Below, in pieces: positions 54,751 through 64,000 of a DNA stretch of 64,000 nt (the first letter of the stretch is position 1; each line of letters opens with the position of its first letter). The position numbers were made by a program, and so were the translations under genes. This stretch comes from the human T2T-CHM13v2.0 reference genome, Homo sapiens. A model generated the notes under the pieces. The model was given only the letters and a program-made list of their open reading frames with translations. It was not told the origin of the DNA and did no database searches. The stretch lies in assembly GCF_009914755.1 (NCBI RefSeq), contig NC_060930.1; one strand, given 5' to 3'.

Positions 54751-55859
54751 AAAAATGCTTTTTGGCACTCCTGTTCCAAAGGGCATTCACTCCCACTCCA
54801 ACATTCTGTTCCATTTCACCTGCTGTTGTTTGAGTCCTTACCAGGTGGCAGGCACTGTGCTAGACACAGTAGAGGCAAATAGGATGTAAGGGCTGACTTT
54901 ATGGAGCTCAGTAAGAAGAGGTACGGTTTTATTACTAAGGGCCAACTTGCAGTCTAACATTGTTTATAATTATTTTGTTGGAGGGGGAGAAAAAACACCT
55001 AAATCTTCCCCAAATTATCTTTTTGATCGGCCAATGAAAACATTTTATAACTGAGAGCATTGATCAAGATCCCTGTAGGAAACTTTCACTTCTAGTAAAG
55101 ATAGGACTCAAGGTATTTCCAAGTGAGGAGAGAGATATTATGGAAATGGCAAAATTACCATGAGAATAGCTATTAGAAGAATGTTAAAGGACCTTATGAC
55201 AGAGGCCCCATCAGCCTCAGGTGCCTATTTGCCAGACTATAAAGTCATTTTCAGCCATTCACACCATCTGATAGGGAGAAACTTCCAGAACCCACTGTAG
55301 GATCTTAGGAGAAGGCCTCTACTCAAACACATCCATGTTTTGTGCCTTTTTGAGTTGCAAGAATTGCAGTATCAAACTTTCCCTCCCATGGACCCTCATT
55401 CATGAAAATAAAATCATGGGAAAAATGACACATCCTTCCAAGAAAACCTAGGAGAGACCAACACACAAAGATAATAAATGTTTAACACACACTGTGATTC
55501 CTGCACGTCTTTCTCTGGGTTTCAACAACACCTTCCACATCCCTGCTTCTAGCACTTGCCATATCAATCTGTAGTCATTTATGTATACATTTGTCTCCAC
55601 CTTCTAGAGTGTGAGCTCCCCTGGGGCAGAAGCTACACCAAATTCATGTTTGTGAATGCCCCAGAATGGCCAGATGAGCTGATGCATAAGTGGGTTTTTC
55701 CCAGCCTTAGCACTATACTTCTGGAAGACCCATACACAGAAAGAGATGCTGCAGCCCTTTCCCCAGGAAGAACCTCAAGAAGGGATATGATCCCACAGAC
55801 CCTTAGCCAGAGAGGAACATGAAATAGAAGAGATGACCTGTCCTGAGACAATCCTGTCA

Positions 55860-56436
55860 CGAAGACCAGACACAAAATTTGCAGAGCCTAGTGCAAAATA
55901 AAAATTCAGTATCATTTGTTCAAAAATTATTAAGAATTTTGTGTCTTAGTCCATTTCATGCTGCTGCAACACAATACCCAAGAGTGTATAATTTTTAATA
56001 AGCAAAAATTCATTGGCTCACAGTTCCAGAGGCTAGGAAGTCCAATGTCAAGGTGTTGGCATCTTTTGAGGGCCTTCTTGCTGCATCATCACATGGCAGA
56101 AGGGAAGAAAGAGAGCAAGCAAGAAAGACAAAGAGAGAGAGATTGAGAAAATAAAGAGATAGTTTGCAAGAGGGAAAGAGGGCCAACCCCTCCCTTCTAT
56201 AAAGGCATCAATCCTACTCATGAGAGCTCTGCCCTCATGGCCTAAACACCTCTTAAATGTCCAACCTCTTAATACTGTTAAAATGGCAATTAAATTTCAA
56301 CATGGCTTTTTGGAAAAGACAAACATTCAAACAACAGCAAATTTCAAGAATTGACAGCAGAAACCAAATGCAGAGCCCTTCTGAATATGGAGCCCCGTGC
56401 AACTACACAGGTCAAATGCCCATAAAACCAGCCCTG
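55860..56436 (-). mobile_element. MER45A (hAT-Tip100) split by an MST LTR
   Basis: AGTGCAAAATAAAAAT...TTGTTCAAAAATTATTAAGAATTT | CAAGA...GCCCTTCTGA...GCCCATAAAACCAGCCCTG. Confidence 0.8.
55940..56339 (-). mobile_element. MaLR LTR, MST-type
   Basis: TGTCTTAGTCCATTT...GGCTCACAGTTCCAGAGGCTAGGAAGTCCAA...AACATTCAAACAACAGCA; TSD AATTT. Confidence 0.87.
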
Positions 56437-56785
56437 CTTGTCACTTTCTTTGCTTCACCCACACATTGCCATCCAGTTGCACCACTGCTTATGCCTGATC
56501 AATTCTGCCTCCAAAGTTTTTGGCTAAAAAGAGAAAATGAAGCTAATATTTATGATATTTTTGTGACCTAGACAAAATTGTAGCAATAGAACTGTGTTGC
56601 CCTCAAGTTCTTGGAGAATCATATTTGGGCAGCAACAAAACAATAGATACTATTTGCTACTAGATGGCAAGCAATATGCAAAGCATTGGCTGATTTCATC
56701 CTTGGAATGGCCCTATAAGATATGCTCTATTAGGGTCTCCATTTCACAGAAAAAGAAACTGAGACTTTAAAAAGTTAAGTAATTT

Positions 56786-59700
56786 TATTTATTTTTTTTT
56801 TATTTTACTTTAAGTTCTAGGATACATGTGCAGAACGTGCAAGTTTGTTACACAGGTATACGTGTGCCATGGTGGTTTGCTGCACCTATTGAACCATCCT
56901 CTAAATTCCCTCCCCTTGCCCTGCACCCCCCAACAGGCCCTGGTGTGTGTTGTTCCCCTCCCTGTGTCCATGTGTTCTCATTGTTCAGTTCCCACCTATG
57001 AGTTAGAACATGAGGTGTTTGGTTTTCTATTTCTACGTTAGTTTGCTGAGGATGATAACTTTCAGCTTCATCCATGTCCCTGCAAAGGACATAATCTCAT
57101 TCAATCTTATGGCTGCATAGTATTCCATGGTATATATGTATGTACCACATTTTCTTTATCCAGTCTATCATTGATGGGCATTTAGGTTGGTTCCATGTCT
57201 TTGCTATTGTAGATAGTGCTACAATAAACATATATGTGCATGTGTCTTTATAGTAGAATAATTTATATTCCCTTGGGTATATACTCAGTAATGGGATTGC
57301 TGGATCAAATGATACTTCTGGTTCTAGATCCCTGAGGAATCACCATATTGTCTTCCACAATGGTTGAACTAATTTACACTCCTACAAACAGTGTAAAAGC
57401 ATTCCCATTTCTCCACAGCCTCACCAGCATCTATTGTTTCTTGACTTTTTAATAATCGCCATTCTGACTGGCATAAGATGGTATCTCATTGTGGTTTTGA
57501 TTTGTATTTCTCTAACGATCAGTGATGTTGAGCTTTTTTTCATGTTTGTTGGCTGCATAAATGTCTTACTTTGAGAAGTGTCTGTTCATATCCTTTGCCC
57601 ACTTTTTGATGGGGTCATTTGTTTTTTTCTTGTAAATTTGTTTAAGTTCCTTGTAAATTCTGGGTATTAGACCTTTGTCAGGTGGGTAGATTGCAAAAAT
57701 TTTCTCCCATTCTGTAGGTTACCTGTTCACTCTGATGATGGTTTCTTTTGCTGTGCAGAAGCTCTTTAGTTTAATTAGATCCCATTTGTCAATCTTGGCT
57801 TTTGTTGCAATTGCTTTTGGTGTTTTCATCATTAAGTCTTTGCCGATGCTTTTGTCCTGAATGGTATTACCTAGATTTGATTCTAGGGTTTTTATGGTTT
57901 GGGGTTTCACATTTAAGTCTTTAATCCATCTTGAGTTAATTTTCATATAAGGGGTAAGGAAGGGGTACAGTTTCAGTTTTCTGCATGTGCCTAGCCAGTT
58001 TTCCCAGCACCATTTATTGAATAGAAGATCCTTTACCCATTGCTTGTTTTTGTCTGGCTTGTCAAAGATTAGATGGTTGTAGATGTGTGGTGTTATTTCT
58101 GAGGTCTCTGTTCTGTTCCATTGGTCTATATGTCTGTTTTGGTATCAGTACCATGTTGTTTTGGTTACTGTAGCCTTGTAGTATAGTTTGAAGTCAGGTA
58201 GCATGATGTCTCCAGCTTTGTTCTTTTTGCTTAGGATTGTCTTGGATATACAGGGTCTTCTTTGATTCCATATGAAATTTAAAGTAGTTTTTCTTAATGC
58301 TGTGAAGAATGTCAATGGTAGTTTGATGGTAATAGCATTGAATCTATAAATTACTTTGGGCAGTATGGCCATTTTCACAATACTGATTCTTCCTATCCAT
58401 GAGGATAGTATGTTTTTCCATTTGTTTGTGTCCTCTCTTATTTCCTTGAGCAGTGGTTTGTAATTCTCCTTGAAGAGTTTCTTTACATCCCTTGTTGTAT
58501 TCCTAGGTATTTTATTCTCTTTGTAGCAACCGTGAATGGGAGTTCACTCATGATTTGGCTCTCTGTTTGTCTATTATTTTTGTATAGGAATGCTTGTGAT
58601 TTTTGCACATTGATTTTGTAGCCTGAGATTTTGCTGAACTTGTTTATCAGCTTAAGGAGTTTTGGGGCTGAGACAATGGGGTTTTCTAAATATACGATCA
58701 TGTCATCCGCAAACAGAGACAACTGGACTTCCTCTCTTCCTATTTGAATACTCTTTATTTCTCTCTCTTGCCTGATTTTCCTGGCCAGAACTTCCAATAC
58801 TATGTTAAATAGGAGTGGTGAGAGAGGGCATCCTCGTCTTGTGCCAGTTTTCAAAGGGAATGCTTCCATCTTTTGCCCATTCAGTATGATATTGGCTGTG
58901 GTTTGTCATAAACAGCTTTTATTATTTTGAGATATGTTCCATCAATACCTAGTTTATTGAGTGTTTTTAGCATGAAGGGTGTTGAATTTTATCAAAGGCC
59001 TTTTCTGCATCTATTGAGATAATCATGTGGTTTTTGTCATTGGTTCTGTTTATGTGATGGATTACATTTATTGATTTGCATATGTTGAACCAGCCTTGTA
59101 TCCCAGGGATGAAGCCCACTTGATCATGGTGGATAAGCTTTTAAATGTGATGCTGGATGTGGTTTCCCAGTATTTTATTGAGGATTTTTGCATAGATGTT
59201 CATCAGGGATATTGGCCTGAAATTTTTTTTGTTGTGCCTCTGCCAGGTTTTGGTATCAGGATGATGCTGGCTTCAGAAAATGAGTTAGGGAGGAATCCCT
59301 CATTTTCAATTGTTTGGAATAGTTTCAGAAGGAACGGTACCAGCTCTTCTTTGTACCTCTGGTAGAAATCAGCTGTGAATCTGTCTGGTCCTGGGCTTTT
59401 TTCGGTTGGTAGGCTATTACTGCCTCAATTTCAGAACTTGTTGTTGGTCTATTCAGGCATTTGACTTCTTCCTGGTTTAGTCTTGGGAAGGTGTATGTGT
59501 CCAGGAATTTATCCATTTCTTCTGGATTTTCTAGCTTATTTCTCTGATAGTAGTTTGTATTTCTGTGGGGTCAGTGGTGATATCCCCTTTATCATTTTTT
59601 ATTGTGTCTATTTGATACTTCTCTCTTTTCTTCTTTATTAGTCTAGCTAGCAGTCTATCTATTTTGTTAATTTTTTCAAAAAAGCAGCTCCTGAATTCAT

Positions 59701-62226
59701 TGATTTTTTGGAGGGGTTTTTGTGTCTCTATCTCCTTCAATTCTGCTCTGATCTTAGTTATTTCTTGTCTTTTGCTAGCTTTTGGATTAGTTTGATGTTG
59801 CTTCTCTAGCTCTTTTAATTGTGATGTTAGGGTGTTGATTTGAGATCTTTCTAGCTTTCTGATGTGGGCATTTAATGTTATAAATTTTCCTCTTAACATT
59901 GCTTTAGCTGTGTCCCAGAGATTCTGGTACATTATCCTTTGTTCTCATTGGTTTCAAAGAACTTGTTGATCTCTGCCTTAATTTTATTATTTGACCAGGA
60001 GTCATTCAGGAGCAGGTTGTTCAATTTCCATGTAATTGTGTGGTTTTGGGTGAGTTTCTTAATCCTGAGTTCTAATTTGGTTGCACTGTCATCTGAGAGA
60101 CTTTGTTATGATTTCAGTTCTTTTGCATTTGCTGAGGAATGTTTTACTTCCAATTATGTGGCTGATTTAAGAATAAATGTTGTGTGGCACTGAGAAGAAT
60201 GTATATTCTGTTGATTTAGGGTGGAGAGTTCTGTAGATGTCTATTAGGTCCACTTGATTCAGAGCTGAGTTCAAGTCCTGAAAAACATTGTTAATTTTCT
60301 GTCTCATTGATCTGTCTAATATTTACAGTGGGGTGTTAAACTCTCCCATGATTATTGTGTGGGAGTCTAAATCTCTTTGTAGGTCTTTAAGAACTTGTTT
60401 TATGAATCTGGATGCTCCTGTATTGGGTCCATATCTATTTAGGATAGTTAGCTCTTCTTGTTGCATTGATCCCTTTACCATTATGTAATGCCCTTCTTTT
60501 GTTGTTGTTGTTGTTTATCTTTGCTGGTTTAAAGTCTCTGTTCTGTGTTGGCAGAGACTAGGATTGCAATCCTGCTTTTTTTTTTTCTTTCCATTTGCTT
60601 GGTAAATATTCCCCCATCCCTTTATTTTGAGTCTATGTGTGTCTTTGCATGTGAGATGGGTCTCCTGAATATAGCACATGGATGGGTCTTGACTCTTTAC
60701 CCAATTTGCCAGTTTGTGTCTTTTAACTGGGGCATTTAGCCCATTTATATTTAAGGTTAGTATTGTATGTGTGAATTTGATCATCATAATGCTATCTGGT
60801 CATTTTGCACATTAGTTGATGCAGTTTCTTCGTAGTGTCATTGGTCTTTATATTTTGGTGTGTTTTTGCAGTGGCTTGTACCAGTTTTTGCTTTCCATAT
60901 TCAGTGCTTTCTTCGGGAGCTCTTGCAAGGTAGGCCTGGTGGTGATGAAATCCCTCAGCATTTGCTTGTCTGGAAAGGATTTTATTTCTTCTTCACTTAT
61001 GAAGCTTAGTTTGGCTGAATATGAAATTCTGGGTTGAAAATTCTTTCCTTTAAGAATGTTTAATATTGGCTTCCAATCTCTTCTGGCTTGTAGGGTTTCT
61101 GCTGAGAGGTCTGCTGTTAGTCTGATGGGCTTCCCTTTGTAGGTGACCTGGCCTTTCTCTCTGGCCAGGTCACCTATATTTTTTCCTTCATTTCAACCTT
61201 GGAGAATCGGATGGTTATGTGTCTTGGGGTTGATCTTCTTGTGGAGTATCTTAGTGCTATTGTCTGTATTTCCTGAATTTGCATGTTGGCCTGTCTTGCT
61301 AGGTTGGGGAAGTTCTCCCGAATAATATCCTTAAGTATGTTTTCCAGTTTGTTTCCATTCTCCCCATCACCTTCAGGTACTACAGTCAATTGTAAGTTTG
61401 GCCTTTTTAGGTAGTCCCATATTTCTCAGAGGCTTTGTTCATTCCTTGTCATTCTTTTTTCTCTAATCTTGTCTGCATGCCTTATTTCAGCAAGGTGGTC
61501 TTCAAACTCTGACATCTTTTCTTCCGCTTGGTCAATTTGGCTACTAATACTTGTGTATGTTTCACGAAGTTCATGTGCTGTGTTTTTCAGATTCACCACG
61601 TCATTTATGTTTCTCTCTAAATTGGTTATTCTAGTTAGCAGCTTCTCTAACCTTTTATCAAGGTTCTTAGCTTCTTTGCATTGGGTGTGAGCATGCTCCT
61701 TTAGCTCAGCAGAGTTTTTAATTACCCATCTTCTGAAGCCTACTTCTGTCAATTTGTCCATCTCATCCTCCGTCCAGTTCTGTGCCCTTGCTGCAGAGGC
61801 ATTGCAATCATTTGGAAGAGAAGAGGCACTTTGGCTTTTTGGGTTTTCAGTGTTTTTTTCATTGATTCTCATCTCCATCAGTTTGTCTGGTTTCTTCTTT
61901 GAGGCTGCTGACACTTGAATGGGGTTTTTATAGGGACTTTGTTGTTGTTTTTGTTGTTGTTGTTGTTTTGTTTGTTTCCTCTTGTTGTTGTTGCTTTCTG
62001 TTTGTTTTTCTTTCAATGGTCAGGCCCTTCTTCTGTAGGGCTGCTGCGGTTTGTTGAGGGTTCATTTCAGGCCCTATTCGTCTGGTTTGCCCCGATGCCT
62101 GGAGATGCAACTCAAGGAGGCTGGGGAACAGCAAAAATGGGTGTCTGCTCCTTCTTCTGGGATCTCTGACCTTGAGGGACATCAACTTGTTGCCAGTAGG
62201 ATTGCTCCTATATAAGGTGTCTGACA
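56786..62226 (-). mobile_element. L1PA8-like LINE-1, ~5.4 kb, truncated within the 5'UTR, ORF1/ORF2 disrupted, inserted in a MIR
   Basis: ORF-track fragments of EN, RT ([35 protein letters not shown]) and ORF1; 3'UTR CATCCTCTAAATTCCCTCCCC; TSD AAAAAGTTAAGTAATTT (56769-56785) / AAAAGGTTAAGTAACTT (62227-62243). Confidence 0.92.
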
Positions 62227-62747
62227 AAAAGGTTAAGTAACTTTCTAAGGGTTATATAGGAAGTTGCCAGTAAGACTCATATGTAGGTCCTTCTGGAAAC
62301 AAAGTTCAGGCTTAATGTACTTACTACCCCTCAGCAACCCATCTGCAATGAAGTGCTCCAGTCAGCCATTCAAGTGTGGGAAAGAATTCACCTAGAGAGT
62401 TTCTTCCACTGCATACAAAACTCTTTCTTACTTGTTCCTTGTCAAAATACCAATCATAATTGAAACCCCAATAAAGACATCACCTCCTCCAGGAGACTTC
62501 CTGCATATCCTCCTTGCCATGTTGATTAACCCATTTCTTCTCTGCTCCGTTCACATTTTCTATTTACCCCTATTATTGTAGCACTAATCCCTCAAGTGAA
62601 CTTTGCTCACATGCTTTTCCTGCTCAACAGCGAGTCCCTTGAGGGTAAAAAAAATGTATCTTCTTGGGAGGAGGAGCCAAGATGGCCGAATAGGAACAGC
62701 TCCGGTCTACAGCTCCCAGTGTGAGCGACGCAGAAGACGGGTGATTT

Positions 62748-63119
62748 CTACATTTCCATCTGAGGTACCGGGTTCATCTCACTAGGGAGTGCCAGACAGT
62801 GGGCGCAGGACAGTGGGTGCAGCGCACCATGTGCGAGCTGAAGCAGGGCGAGGCATTGCCTCACTTGGGAAGTGCAAGGGGTCAGGGAGTTCCCTTTCCT
62901 GGTCAAGGAAAGGGGTGACAGATGGCACCTGGAAAATCGGGTCACTCCCACCCGAATACTGCGCTTTTCCAATGGGCTTAGGAAACAGCACACCAGGAGA
63001 TTATATCCTGCACATGGCTCAGAGGGTCCTACGCCCACGGAGTCTCGCTGATTGCTAGCACAGCAGTCTGAGATCAAACTGCAAGGCCGCAGCCAGGCTG
63101 GGGGAGGGGCACCCGCCAT
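62748..63119 (-). CDS. LINE-1 ORF0 (antisense), open for 123 aa
   Basis: MAGAPPPAWLRPCSLISDCCASNQRDSVGVGPSEP...; ATG context GCAATGG. Confidence 0.6.
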   Translation of the reverse strand: MAGAPPPAWLRPCSLISDCCASNQRDSVGVGPSEPCAGYNLLVCCFLSPLEKRSIRVGVTRFSRCHLSPLSLTRKGNSLTPCTSQVRQCLALLQLAHGALHPLSCAHCLALPSEMNPVPQMEM

Positions 63120-63702
63120 TGCCCAGGCTTGCTTAGATAAACAAAGCAGCCTGGAAGCTCGAACTGGGTGGAGCCCACCACAGCTCAAGGAGGCCTGCCT
63201 GCCTCTGTAGGCTCCACCTCTGGGGGCAGGGCACAGACAAACAAAAAGACAACAGTAACCTCTGCAGACTTAAATGTCCCTGTCTGACAGCTTTGAAGAG
63301 AGCAGTGGTTCTCCCAGCACGCAGCTGGAGATCTGAGAATGGGCAGACTGCCTCCTCAAGTGGGTCCCTGACCCCTGACCCCCAAGCAGCCTAACTGGGA
63401 GGCACCCCCCAGTAGGGGCAGACTGACACCTCACATGGCCGGGTACTCCTCTGAGACAAAACTTCCAGAGGAACAATCAGACAGCAGCATTCGTGGTTCA
63501 TGAAAATCCACTGTTCTGCAGACACCGCTGCTGATACCCAGGCAAACAGGGTCTGGAGTGGACCTCTAGCAAACTGCAACAGACCCGCAGCTGAGGGTCC
63601 TGTCTGTTAGAAGGAAAACTAACAAACAGAAAGGACATCCACACCAAAAACCCATTTGTACATCACCATCATCAAAGACCAAAAGTAGATAAAACCACAA
63701 AG

Positions 63703-64000
63703 ATGGGGAAAAAACAGAGCAGAAAAACTGGAAACTCTAAAAAGCAGAGCGCCTCTCCTCCTCCAAAGGAATGTAGTTCCTCACCAGCAATGGAACAAAG
63801 CTGGACAGAGAATGACTTTGACAAGTTGAGAGAAGAAGACTTCAGACAATCAAACTACTCTGAGCTACAGGAGGAAATTAAAACCAAACGCAAAGAAGTT
63901 GAAAACTTTGAAAAAAATTTAGGCGAATGTATAACTAGAATAACCAATACAGAGAAGTGCTTAAAGGACCTGATGGGGCTGAAAGCCAAGGCTCGAGAAC
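63703..64000 (+). CDS. LINE-1 ORF1p N-terminus, open to the window end (99 codons)
   Basis: Hand translation MGKKQSRKTGNSKKQSASPPPKECSSSPAMEQSWTENDFDKLREEDFRQSNYSEL...; no stop before 64000. Confidence 0.8.
   Translation, partial: MGKKQSRKTGNSKKQSASPPPKECSSSPAMEQSWTENDFDKLREEDFRQSNYSELQEEIKTKRKEVENFEKNLGECITRITNTEKCLKDLMGLKAKARE

Larger units (their letters stand above)
62666..64000 (+). mobile_element. L1PA3-like LINE-1 with complete 5'UTR; continues beyond the window
   Basis: GGGAGGAGGAGCCAAGATGGCCGAATAGGAACAGCTCCGG start, YY1 site at 62678-62688, retains the ~129-bp 5'UTR segment (~63450-63577). Confidence 0.93.

Noticed and set aside
57719-60787. RT/endonuclease ORF fragments suggesting an active element
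   Set aside because: ORF2 is broken into many short frames by stops and indels, so the L1PA8 is inactive.

Overview
Hominid (most likely human) intergenic DNA, dominated by transposable elements: the 3' part of an SVA, AluJ/S/Y, L1PA3, L1PA8, L1ME, L2, MIR, MaLR and MER4 LTRs, and Tigger/hAT DNA transposons. No spliced protein-coding gene, CpG-island promoter or RNA gene is evident. The only cellular-gene sequence is an intronless BDH2 retrocopy. From memory this is probably BDH2P1 on chr6q16, but the window cannot confirm that. Its 245-codon ORF is uninterrupted and keeps the SDR catalytic residues. It appears to be a full-length ~2.9-kb mRNA copy that landed in the A-tail of an Alu, which itself sits in an old L1ME. 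Other notable signals: an ungapped 93-bp inverted duplication (27677-27890), a 76-bp templated insertion with a snap-back junction (46695-46791), a perfected quasi-palindrome in L1PA8 (61140-61176), a 20-bp perfect inverted repeat (5737-5838), and a head-to-head L1PA8/L1PA3 pair. In that pair the L1PA3 antisense promoter and open ORF0 point into the promoter-less L1PA8. I see no convincing novel multi-gene system. Repeat subfamily names come from recalled consensus sequences, and old-repeat boundaries are approximate.
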